Notes: generated from the sequence alone by a model not told the origin. A stretch of DNA of 64,000 nt from an uncultured Methanosarcinaceae archaeon (GCA_963733675.1 CAVTET010000012.1:32001-96000), one strand, 5' to 3'. Shown: positions 35,160-46,050, counted from the stretch's first letter. Translations and numbers: made by a program.

Positions 35160-35784
35160 AGAAATGGAGAAATGCTAATAAGCAGTAGTGGCAAAAAGGC
35201 TTCCAAATTCAGTATAGATAAATCAAAGTTTAATTTCTGGTCCTTATTTGATAAAGAGTTTATCTTCCTGAAGGATGCCTGATAAGATCACAAAGGCAAC
35301 TGATTATTTTATTCCCATACTATTCTCATTTATCCCAAAATATTCCCGTTATATTCCCATTGAAACGTAATCCGTTGACATTTTGTTCCCAAAAACCCGA
35401 AAATGAAAGAAAGAAATAGAAAATTACACTTTTTGACATTCTCATATTTTGGATATTACTTTAAAAAATCATATATCATTTTTTTTATTTTGGGAACATA
35501 ATACCCTTTTTTATATGATTTTAAGTTCCTTGTTATTGTTTTTATATTATTTCTAATGGGAATATAATGGGAAAATAGCGGGACTAATCGGGAACTAATG
35601 GGAATATAAATAACGGAGACATATTTGTAATAAGAAGTATATAGGAACGAACATTATAAAGCCTATGATATCTCATTTTCCATTTAAGATTGTGATTCAA
35701 CTTAATTAAGCCGATTGACAACAGGCCTTTTTTGTCTGTTAAATCTCAGAATGAAGATGTTCATAAATTTAAAATTATATTTCA
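35160..35784 (+). repeat. Repeat A copy 1: protein C-terminal stub plus origin-like inverted iteron array
   Basis: Colinear with 41338-41960; encodes ...MLISSSGKKASKFSIDKSKFNFWSLFDKEFIFLKDA* followed by TTCCC/GGGAA arrays. Confidence 0.9.
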
Positions 35785-36341
35785 GAAGAGCCAATTATTC
35801 CACTCGCGAAAAATATGCTTTAATAGTAGCCTTCACTAAGATTGATTGAGCAATTTTCAGTGGGCTGACTTTTATTTTATCAATTCTTTGAACTTATTTA
35901 ATCTCTCGAATGTCTCATCTTCAATCTTCTTCAATTAATTTCGCGATTAAGAGAAATCAAAGCAAATATTCCTATCAAGATACTCCAAAATGCACTGCCA
36001 ACCATGTCTGTACCCAAAAGATGTACCGTTTGCATTACTTTATTTTGTCATCGAGCACATAAATCACAACCAATGCGTCGTCGAAAGCCATCAACTACTT
36101 AGTTTTTTTAATTTAAATTCCCAGGCTGATCTCAAATGCTAAAAAATTGATCTTCAGCTGCAGGTGAAGAGAATCCTGTAGCCTGCCGAAAAGTCTACTG
36201 CAAGGTACGAAAGACCTATAAGAGATAAAAAGATTCAACTAATTATATATTTTTTGCATACATTCTAAATAAAAATATCAGAAACTGAAGAGTATAATAA
36301 TTGAGGTGATATCTCATCCCAAAATCCAAGTAAATACCCCT

Positions 36342-36555
36342 TCATATTTATTTATATATTGTAAAAGTAATAAAAATATATGAAAAATATCTGAAGGGTA
36401 CTACCGTGCTGCAGGATTAATATAATCGGGATTCCGTTTTGGTCCGAAAAATGACTTATTCTGGAGTCGCTGATGAGACTTTTATTGACCGTCTATTCAT
36501 ATACTTATTGTCATAGTCAAAAAATGCCTAAAATCGCTCCACAATCAATCTTCCT
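36342..36555 (+). repeat. Repeat C copy 1 (non-coding)
   Basis: AAAGTAATAAAAATATATGAAAAAT...TACCGTGCTGC...TTGGTC..AAAA..ACTT...GAGACTTTTATT; also at 40261 and 43721. Confidence 0.8.
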
Positions 36556-36579
36556 TAGTTTATTAGTTCCCACAGGCGG

Positions 36580-36760
36580 CCAGGTGGATTTAAAATTTAA
36601 AAAAAGTTAATCTTATGAGCTGCGGGGGAAATACTTACAGCCCAATGGAAAGTCTACTAGAAGGTGGGGAAACCTATAAATTATGACTAAGTTTGATCTC
36701 TGATATATCTTTTTGATATAGTTGAAATAGCACCAAATTGAATTTATTAATATTAATTTG
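36580..36760. repeat. Repeat B copy 2
   Basis: AATCTTATGAGCTGCGGGGGAAATACTTACAGC. Confidence 0.7.
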
Positions 36761-36908
36761 TTATTCGATTTTAAAACTTTTAATAGGCAAGTAATTTTTA
36801 TTAAAAAACAAATTTTTGAATTATTAATTTAAAAACTAAGTAAGTAATCTATACACTATAGTGTAAAGTAAATTCATATGGAAGCTAATTTTTATGGAAG
36901 TTGATACA

Positions 36909-37428
36909 ATGATTAAAAGTAATGCTCTAATACAGATAGGTTCACTAGAGCATTCAAAAGCAGCTGATGATTATGTAACAAATTTAATTAATATATTAAA
37001 TACCAGACGCACAAGTCGGAAAATTGATGAAGGCTAAGAGCTGGGAAATGTCAAATGTTAATCTTAAAACAATAACCGGGGAAGTATTTTCAAGTATCAC
37101 AAATAGTAGTTTGATAATAATTATATATTTTGATTCCAGAAATCAGGCTGAGAAAGGATTGATCACTTATATTGCAAATTTTACTTCTAAATGTAATTAT
37201 GAATCATATCATCCAGCTGGAAATAGTGACCTCAATTTTTTGACAACAGAATTATTGGATATCAATGGGCATCCCATCTACTCTGAACAGCTTACTCCAG
37301 ATTGCGTGATATCTTGTGTAGATTATAATAGTCGTAGGGTCTTCAGTGCAGATTATCCACCAAACTTATTTGATAATGCAAATCAGCCGTTGGTAAATTA
37401 TTCTGAAATTGCTCTGCAAAAATGCTAA
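36909..37428 (+). pseudogene. Hypothetical protein, probably frameshifted near 37025
   Basis: Short ORF MIKSNALIQIG...KIDEG* overlaps the 134-aa ORF in another frame; no recognisable family. Confidence 0.4.
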
Positions 37429-37610
37429 TCCCAAAGGGCTAAACTTTTTGGAGCTAATTTTAAAGGAGCTTATCTTAGGGATGTTTATCATTTAACATTT
37501 TACTAACTTTTTCAAGTAAAAACGCTTCGTAATATGCAATTGGATAAGACGCTACGATCACAACATGTTCTGTGAGTACGTATCTCAAAAGCAGTGAGGA
37601 GATATCCAAT

Positions 37611-38006
37611 ATGGCATCAACAACAGATAACGGAATCATCAACAAGCTGAGCAACCATTCGGTTGAGCAGACAGTGGAAAGGCTCAAGAGTATTCTGCAA
37701 TCCAAGGGAGTCACTCTGTTTGCGCTGGTCGACCACAGTGGAGAAGCGAAAAAGGTTGGAATGAGCATGCTTCCGACCAAGCTGTTGATTTTTGGCAGTC
37801 CAAAGGCTGGCACATCTCTTATGCTGGCCGCTCCTAGTATTGCCATCGATCTGCCTTTGAAGATTCTTATTTGGGAAGATAGCAAGGGTAAAGTTTGGGT
37901 TTCATACAACAGCCCTGACTACATTAAGGAGTGACACGGTCTGCCTCAGGAGTTGTTACAAAATATTGCCATCATAGAAACAGTGGCAGTAAAGGCAGGA
38001 GAGTAG
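37611..38006 (+). pseudogene. DUF302 protein with premature TGA at 37932-37934
   Basis: VDHSGEA, LLIFGSPKAGT, IDLPLKILIWE; the reading frame continues *HGLPQELLQNIAIIETVAVKAGE to TAG at 38006; GAGGAG SD. Confidence 0.85.
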
Positions 38007-38430
38007 TATTAATCCCTTGCTTACTTTGATATCCTTAAATCGAAAACGGATCTAAAGCCCAAATTAGATCCTATCCGAAATTTGTCTCTTACGCGTAGAA
38101 TAGTAAAAACCTAATAAACCTGTGATGTTTAGACAGTTGGGGATTTTCCATATATTTTTATTTCGCTACCTAACTAAAGAATAAAAAATCCTATTTAAAA
38201 ATCTAGGTAACTGTATATAACTTAGTTTATATTATTATCTAACAAATGAAATAAAGATAATATGTAAACCTAACAATTACTTCATTTTTCTTTATTATTT
38301 ATCAGTCCCGTAACATAATATTTTTCCCAGCTATTATAAAATCTGTAAATATGTCCAGATTCCGCAGACTTGACAGAGCCATTTCACGCTTGATCTTTTA
38401 AAGTTTTTCCATAGGTTTTTATTGTTTTGT

Positions 38431-39294
38431 CTAAAACAGTCTAAGCGAAAATTCTCCACCACTTTTGATAGTAAAGGCTGCCGCTCCTCTGTGCCCTCCT
38501 CCACCATATTTCTGCGCTATCTCAGCACAATCTATAGAGTCTGATCTAAGCGACACCTGGACCATATCATTCATCATCTGCCACATAACAGCTATATCAT
38601 ATTCTGGTTTTTGGTAAACATACTCTCCAATGTCGCTAGCATCGGTTGTAGTATTGATAAGTCGCGCTCTCAGTCCGTGAAAGTCGATATCTGTGCCCCT
38701 TTCGAATGCTTTCTCAATTTTAACTTTCCGGACATATGTGAGTGCATGCCCAACTCTCAGATAGAGTTCAACTTTTTCATTTTCATGATTACACGATGCC
38801 AACAAATCTTTCCAGTCTGCATCTTCAGGGGAATGAAGAAGAATTTGGCAAGCTCCAGTAAAAGCTGAAATTTCTTCTTTCTTGTCTCCGAATTGCCATA
38901 CGTCTCGCTTTGAAATGTACTCAACTGTTGTAGGAAGTGGGTGACCGCTTCTAAGATATTCCCATGTAAGTTGGGAAGCAGCTTTTGTGATATCCCGTTT
39001 TCCAAGAATGTTCAAACCCCACAATTCCTTATTTTCTTCCATTGCAGTCTTGTGGTGATCTATCCATATGAGTTTTTGTCCTGTTATTTCTGCAAGAGTT
39101 CCCATATCAGTAAACGTGAAATCAAGAACGTAGACTTCATCAGCTTCTTCTATTTCTTCTTTTTTCCATGTAGTGCCATTGTATTGCACCGCAATGCACC
39201 GTATCGGGTTGGTGGTGATGTCTTCCATCGACTCCCTGACCTGAGCTGCTGAGCACTGACCATCAAGATCATCGTGATAATATAGAACAATCAT
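38431..39294 (-). CDS. DHH/DHHA1 family phosphoesterase
   Basis: YHDDLDG, VLDF, WIDHHK, SLRS, GGGGHRGAAAF; AAGGAG SD before ATG at 39294. Confidence 0.92.
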   Translation of the reverse strand: MIVLYYHDDLDGQCSAAQVRESMEDITTNPIRCIAVQYNGTTWKKEEIEEADEVYVLDFTFTDMGTLAEITGQKLIWIDHHKTAMEENKELWGLNILGKRDITKAASQLTWEYLRSGHPLPTTVEYISKRDVWQFGDKKEEISAFTGACQILLHSPEDADWKDLLASCNHENEKVELYLRVGHALTYVRKVKIEKAFERGTDIDFHGLRARLINTTTDASDIGEYVYQKPEYDIAVMWQMMNDMVQVSLRSDSIDCAEIAQKYGGGGHRGAAAFTIKSGGEFSLRLF

Positions 39295-39736
39295 TCTTTT
39301 ATACTCCTTTAGCGAATACCGCATATTAGACTCGCTGTATCCTAAAAATTCAGCCATTTTTATTAGCAGATTGAAGTTAATGCAAAAATCAATCGAATTT
39401 AAGGCATATTTCACGGCTGATTTTCTAAACGGTATTAGATCATTATCATAAAGCTCTTTGGCTTCTTCTTTTTGTTAGATTAATATTGATTTCTTCATCT
39501 TCTTTGATTACAAGAATATTTCACTTCATAGTACTTTAGTACTTTAAGAGAGAATTCGAATATTTTTCTCTTTTTTGAAGCCTATATATTGCATTTCAGA
39601 ACGTTTCTATGCAATATTTGCCCAAATATATTTAGAGTATCTTTGTGTTCTGACGCTTTTTTTGCAGGATTTATTGTAAAAAGAGTATGAATACTTTCTT
39701 TCAAAATGAAATTCCATCGGCTTTATTTAATTAACT

Positions 39737-39950
39737 AAGGTGATCTGGATGATATTGAATATCAAAAAGGTGATCTGTGAGCTGCTTGCGAAGGGGATGC
39801 ACACAGTTCGATCGGTTATTTAATTTAATTATATAGGAAAATTTATTAATTATAATTTGATTTAATTGAGTATATAATTTGTGAATATATTATACTAACT
39901 TAAACTCATTATTATTGCCATTACATGATTCTGATCTCACAGATTATAGC
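39737..39950. repeat. Repeat B copy 3
   Basis: CAAAAAGGTGATCTGTGAGCTGCTTGCGAAGGGGATGCACACAGTTC; colinear with 1310-1520 over about 200 bp. Confidence 0.7.
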
Positions 39951-40260
39951 TTATCTTATATTATCTTATAAAAATAAAAATTAGTGTAACAATCTTACGA
40001 GTTGACCTACATATGTGAGCTTGACTAAGTGTGGGTGGAACTTCATGCCGTCTTATGCTTTTCAATTAGTATCAACAGCAAACATTTGTAAGTTTCTTGA
40101 TTAAATTAATTACTGATACTTACGTCTTTTATGGCTTTATTTACATAACATTTTTGTGGACCATAGGCAGTCATACTAAATTCATAAATTCCTAGAGTTT
40201 AAATCCAAAAACTTCAAATACATTTCCCGAGTTCTTAAAATCAAAGTAACTATATTCCAT

Positions 40261-40595
40261 AACTTAATTTATATTATTCCAAAGTAATAAAAATATATAG
40301 AAAATGTCTTGAAGGCACTTACCGTGCTGCTGAATTTAGATAATGGGGAATTAATTTGGTCTAAAAACGACTTAACATGAGGCCACTAGTGAGAAGACTT
40401 TATTAGAAGTCTAATGTTAGGTTCATTATCATACTCAAACAATCGCATACTGCTCCTGAGAATGGCTTCTGCTTGATTTGATGTATATACCCTCGCTTCG
40501 ATATAGAACAAAAATAACTTAATATTAAATATAAGCTTAGCTAATATCAATCATAAAAAATAAAAACCGGTGTTCACAATTGCACGTCCATCATT
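40261..40595 (+). repeat. Repeat C copy 2, ending in a terS-like start stub (ARPS)
   Basis: Colinear with 43721-44050; ends GGTG...ATT GCA CGT CCA TCA versus GTG GCT CGT CCT TCA. Confidence 0.8.
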
Positions 40596-40619
40596 ACTTT
40601 TATAAGGGGTGATTTTAAT

Positions 40620-40766
40620 ATGGCAGAGGAAAAAGATCAAAGTGAACAGAAAGAACTTAATAAGGATTCTCTGGAATCATTGCTTAAAGAAAATCAAAGA
40701 AAACAGGTTCGTTCAGATTATCGGCGTAGTCTGGGCAGCGAAGCTGGCAGAAGATACAAGGAATGA
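40620..40766 (+). CDS. 48-aa small charged protein (below ORF-track cutoff)
   Basis: GGGGTGA SD, then MAEEKDQSEQKELNKDSLESLLKENQRKQVRSDYRRSLGSEAGRRYKE*. Confidence 0.55.
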   Translation: MAEEKDQSEQKELNKDSLESLLKENQRKQVRSDYRRSLGSEAGRRYKE

Positions 40767-41337
40767 ATTAATAAAAAAAGTATTAAAGTATAACGATTAA
40801 TACATTATGCAGAACAGATTACTAAGCTTTCAAAAGTAAGTTAGATGCTGTTGGTGTGTGCAACATCAACGGTATTTTTCTACCAATTCATGATGAACTT
40901 TGATTTCCATAATAGTCAATTTTTGCAACACTCAAACCAATAATCCAAGTTCCGTCATATTGCAATTAAGCATTCTTTGGATGTGCGCTTAATAGGCTTA
41001 CTATTTTTGCCTCAATGTCCTACCTTTAACAATTTCTATATCTGATAGACCAACGAACTATTAAATATCGTTGAGCTATACTCATACTTAAGCCCATTAG
41101 CAATCAAATTCTAATCACTTGGATTTGTAGTTGTTTTTGGTCACCATAATTAAATAGATATAGAGTTACAACTAAATATTCATAACTCGGTAGAGCTGCT
41201 TTTAGGCAATTTATTGATACTCGTTCATCAACTTATACCCCCTACTCCAATGTCAAAGCAAAAAAGATCCAAACAACGTTGCGAAATAATATTTGCTTAG
41301 AACTATTCAGAATATTTATATAGACTGCAAGAAGGAA

Positions 41338-41960
41338 AGAGATCTCTTAATAAGCAGCAGTTGAAAGAAAGCTTCTAAATTCAGCATAGACAAATCAAAG
41401 TTTAATTACTGGTCACTCTTTGATAAGGAGTTTATCTTCTTGAAGGACGCCTGATCTATGCACAAAGGCAATTAATTCTTTTATTCCCCAATTTTCCCTT
41501 TTTTTCCAAAATATTCTCGTTTTTTTCCCATTGAAACGTAATCAGTTGGCATTTTGTTCCCAAAAACCCGAAAATGCAAGAAAGAAATAGAAAATTACAC
41601 TTTTTTGGACATTCTAATATTTCGGATATTACTTTAAAAAATCATATATCATTTTTTTATTTTGGGAACATAATTCCCTTTTTTTATATGATTTTAATTC
41701 CCTTGTTATTGTTTTTATATTATTTTTAATGGGAATATAATGGAAAAATAACTGGAATAATTGGGAACTATTGGGAATATAAATCACAGAAGACATACTT
41801 GTAATAAAAAAGGTACATGAACGAACAATTATGGAGCCGAAGATATCATATTTCATTATTTGTGATTGTGATTTAGCTTAATTAAGCAGATTGACAACAG
41901 GCTTTTTTTGTCTGTTAAATCTCAGAATGAAGATGCTCATAAATTTAAAATTATATTTCA
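41338..41960 (+). repeat. Repeat A copy 2: protein stub plus origin-like iteron array
   Basis: ...LLISSS*KKASKFSIDKSKFNYWSLFDKEFIFLKDA* followed by the same TTCCC/GGGAA arrays. Confidence 0.9.
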
Positions 41961-42384
41961 TTATTTTGATTTAATAATAAGAAAAATAAATTCTGAATAA
42001 AATACTGTCTATTATTCTTCAATCTTTTCGATCTGTTCGTTTTAGACTACAATATACCCAATGAGACTCAGCAAAATGCCTTAAATCTCTACACAATCGA
42101 TCTTCAAATATTTTATAATATTACTTCTATTTAAGTAAGTATGTAATCATAGAAACTCAAATTAGCTCTTGAAATCCCTCATCTAATTTGATGCTCGTTT
42201 CTTTTAAATATTCATTGCCGAACGATAGCATAGGTACATATCGACTCGTTCGGCAGCCTATTCGCTCACTTTGTCAGCGATCCAGGCAACTTCGTGTAGA
42301 TAAATAACACTGGTTCATTGTTCTGGACGTTGTCTTTTCTCCACTTCTAGCCAAGTTTATACTCCTGCAAAGCTAAATAAAAAC

Positions 42385-42921
42385 TTATTTTTTCTCGATG
42401 ATCCCACAGATAACCCTGTCACCACTGTTTCCAGCAGGGTTTGTCATCTCATCATCAGGATTAGCATGGATAACCAGTGAAGTACCGTTGGCTGTGAATA
42501 GCGTGGTCGGCCCTGGTGACAATGTCACAAGGGTGGTGGTGATATTCATATGTCCCATACCATCCACCCCCACTTCTAAATTCGGCAAATCACCTGCATG
42601 AGGGCCTTTCTGGTTGTTGAGACCATGCTCTTTGCTCAAAGGGTTGTAGTGTTCGCCGGCCGAGATGAACGACGGCCCAGTGCAGTTTCCTTTATTATGA
42701 ATATGGATGCCGTGCAACCCCGGGGTCAAGCCGCTCGTGTTTACGTTGATGCGAACCAGGCCACTAGCGTCCTCGGTAAAGTTGGCTAGCCCCACTGTAT
42801 TGCCCTTCACGTCCTTCAAGGTAGCTATGGCATCATGTGTGGCCCCTTCATAAGCACAGATCGTAGGTGCAGCCATCAGCATCGTCGATATAATCATTAC
42901 TAATAACAATCCAGTTTTCAT
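42385..42921 (-). CDS. sodC: Secreted Cu/Zn superoxide dismutase
   Basis: HGIHIH, C...AGEHYNP, EHG, PHAGDLPN, VIHANPDD, GNSGDRVICG; all metal ligands, the Arg and two Cys present; signal peptide; GGAGGA SD. Confidence 0.93.
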   Translation of the reverse strand: MKTGLLLVMIISTMLMAAPTICAYEGATHDAIATLKDVKGNTVGLANFTEDASGLVRINVNTSGLTPGLHGIHIHNKGNCTGPSFISAGEHYNPLSKEHGLNNQKGPHAGDLPNLEVGVDGMGHMNITTTLVTLSPGPTTLFTANGTSLVIHANPDDEMTNPAGNSGDRVICGIIEKK

Positions 42922-43720
42922 CAGTCATTCCTCCAAATTTTTATAAATTAGTAATCAGAATTATTTAATGCATCAAAATGGACATCAGACTTCATAGTAG
43001 GCAAGACTCCCACATATCTAATGTAATCAATTACTGGATACATTTTCCCCATCTCCTAGATCCCTCTGAAATAAAATATCTCAAATTCCGTGCTTGTTAG
43101 GTTATTACAATTTAGGTTTGCGTTGAATTTTGATACCCACAATTCCTGTAGATCCCTTATAGGCACCGTCATATACAATAGAATATACACGATTGAACCA
43201 AGAAATCTATAACTTATGCACTTAAGGACCAAAATCAAGCAACTTTTTAAACCAAAAACTGTCTAAATTTGCTCGTTTTAAGTTACAGTACACAATTGCT
43301 TCTTATTTATTTTAAATTAATTATACAAAAAATAATTTCTAAATAAAAATTACTTCCCCATAAAATGTTTTAAAACCAAAAAACAATTTTATATTAATTA
43401 TATTTTTATTCTACTCAGAGATCTTCACAAATTTAACACTGAGCTTTTATACATTGTACCTAAAAATCTGTAAATTCTGAGTGACTCTGTATCGATTTAC
43501 TTAATCACAAAAAAAGATGTAGAGTCAACAGCTTTACTGATAAAAATTCTGTTTCTATTTTGGAATCTTAATATAAATCTCTATATAGGATTTTCTTTCC
43601 AATCATCTTGTGGATAATATTAGCCAAAATCTTAAAGCTCTGGCAATTACCTTAGAACATTTCAATTCCTATAGCCTAAACGATGGCTTCTTATCTAATA
43701 GGATGAAATAAATTTTTATA

Positions 43721-44033
43721 AAACTTAATTTATATACATTTAAAGTAATTAAAATATATGAAAAATTTCTCGAAGACACTTACCGTACAACCACATTTAA
43801 AACATGGGGAATTAAATTGGTCGAAAAACGGCTTAAATGAGCTTACTAGTGAGACTTTTATTGAAAGTTTAATAGATTATTCATTAAAACGGTAAAAAAC
43901 GGCTTGTAGCGCCCGAGAATGGCTCATTGTTGATTTGACGTGTATAAACCCCGCTCCTATGCCGAACAAAACGAACTAAATATTCAAATACAAGACTAGT
44001 TAATATTAATTGTAAAGTAAAAACGGTGATAAT
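43721..44033 (+). repeat. Repeat C copy 3, directly upstream of the terS-like gene
   Basis: Colinear with 40261-40580. Confidence 0.8.
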
Positions 44034-44480
44034 GTGGCTCGTCCTTCAAAATTGACTCCGACTATACAAAAAAAGAATAGGTGATAATATTGCACTCGGT
44101 TTGACTTATCGGTTGGCTGACGAATCGGCTGGTGTAACTTACAAAACGCTAAATGATTGGCTTAAAAGGGGGCAGACAGAGAAATCTTGGAAATATTGTC
44201 AGTTTTATAAATATATCTAAAAATGTAATGCTGATGCCGCTAAAGTTCTTTTGGAATGCATAAACGAAGCAGCCAAAGACGGTAACACGCAAATGTGTAC
44301 TTGGATTCTTGAATGTCGTTTCAGCGAAGACTTTGGAAGACGAGTATATAGAAAAACTAATGTTGTATCAGAAAATCTAAATCAGATGTGATTGTTGATA
44401 TAGTAATCAATGATGCAGATGGCATTAGAGCACAGATTCTAGAGAAGTTTGCTTTTGGTAGAGAAAGTCAAGAGCCTTAA
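44034..44480 (+). pseudogene. Terminase small subunit / DNA-packaging HTH protein-like pseudogene
   Basis: VARPSKLTPTIQK/IGDNIALGLTYRLADESAGVTYKTLNDWLKRG...Y..FY...INEAAKDGNTQMCTWILECRFSEDFGRR; GGTGA SD; two frameshifts and one TAA. Confidence 0.7.
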
Positions 44481-44595
44481 AATAGTTAATATTCTTGTTC
44501 TAACCGGCCCTATTTTTAAAAATATTAAAAGAGTTTTAAATCACACATTATCGCCTAATTGTGGAATTGGTTTTGGTTATAGATAGCCATTAAAA

Positions 44596-45930
44596 TTACT
44601 TTTCATTTTTAAGCATGGCTTCCTTTAACTTTGAAATTTCATCAAGCTCCGTTTGTAATTCGTTCTTCATTCCCCATATTCTTTCAAGGTCTGAATATTT
44701 CATATAGTCGGCTTTGATAGATTCGGTGGCTTTCATTTTTTCTATCTCCGCCTTGAGTTCATGCAACTCTACTCTTTCGTCTCTTCTTTCCTGTGTCATA
44801 ATGTCAGTACTTCGCTTGTATGCATCCTTGTCTCCCTTCATTTGAACGAAAGCAGGGTGCTCAGTAGGATCTATTGACTTTTCAATAGTTAGATATGAAA
44901 TATATTTTGTATACTCTTCTTTCAACTTCTCAGGGGACGCTCTGTAATATGCTTCATGTGTCGCATCCAACTACTGGTGCCCGAATAAGAAATCCACAAA
45001 AAATATACTGGCATGTTCATTGAGTAACGTAGTATTAAAGAATCTCCTCATATTATGTGATCTGTTGACATTATATTCCCCACTCTCTGAACTGGTCTGA
45101 GCCTCTTCATTCAGTCTTTGATAAATTGATATTATCGTTTTTTTACCTAGCTTTCTGAGCTCTTCTTGATCTTTCGTTTTCTCAGATGTTAGATATTCGG
45201 AAGGCACAATCCTTGTGACAAACAGATATCCATCTTTAGTAGTCATATGTTGTTTTTCGAGTCGTTGCTCTTTTATTTTGCCATTATAATTAGGTTCCCT
45301 ATTTCGCCAATTAAGATAGTCCTGAATTGCTTTTGAAGCTTCTGGAGACAAAAAAGTATAGAAATTCATAGTTTTTCTTTTTTCTAAGCAGATGTAGCGT
45401 TGTTATGCCTGTTGTTGGGTCACAACCATCTACGAAATCACTAACGTTAAGATTAGAGATGTCCACAGCACTTAATCCACTACTAACGCCCACTAACACA
45501 AGAGCACGTTCAAGGGGATCACAAACATTAAGAATTTTTCTTATATCATCCTTAGTTGGTATTTTCTTTCGTTTTAATTCTGGTCTTGCATTTGTTGTAC
45601 CTTTTGGGAGTACTGGCAACTGAATATTATACAATCTCTAAAACGAGCATACTCCAGTCATTCTGCTTTTAATAGTCAGTGGAGCAAGATCTTTTCTCTC
45701 TAATTGTTCTCTAAACTCTCGGAGATAATGGTTATATTTCTCTCACGCATCAAGAGTCCAGCCCGAATCTCTGTTTCAGCTTCTTCTATAAGCTGTAATG
45801 GCGTTTTATGGGTGAACTCAGTAAATTGCTGCATTGATTGCAGATACATCTTTCTTGTATCATCAGCCGCTTTGATTCCGGATAACCAATCCTTAATTAT
45901 TTTGTCGGTTTTTAACTCTTTAACTTTCAT
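44596..45930 (-). pseudogene. Tyrosine recombinase/integrase pseudogene
   Basis: Four ORF pieces: SSGLSAVDISNL, HLLRKK, RSHNMRRFF (HxxR), FLFGH, AYY (catalytic Tyr), C-terminal coiled coil; two frameshifts and an in-frame TAG at 44971. Confidence 0.9.
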
Positions 45931-46022
45931 TTAAGATCGCATCCTAAAATAAATACCTTCACAAATTTATAAGTGTATTTGAAAATATCTAATAAAAGGA
46001 AATTTAGATCTGCTCCTTAAAT

Positions 46023-46050
46023 TTGAGACATAATCTAAGATATGTCATTT
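46023..46050. other. Putative att core (dif-like inverted arms)
   Basis: TTGAGACATAA-TCTAAG-ATATGTCATTT with inverted GACATA/TATGTC arms, about 95 bp upstream of the integrase start. Confidence 0.55.

Noticed and set aside
37932-37934. TGA as selenocysteine in DUF302
   Set aside because: The position appears to be Arg rather than Cys in the family; Methanosarcina are not known to decode Sec
40609-40800. 63-aa GTG ORF in the ORF track
   Set aside because: Its GTG lies inside the SD; the ATG ORF at 40620-40766 in another frame is better supported
44971-44973. In-frame TAG in the integrase as a functional pyrrolysine codon
   Set aside because: The gene also has two upstream frameshifts, so readthrough would not restore it
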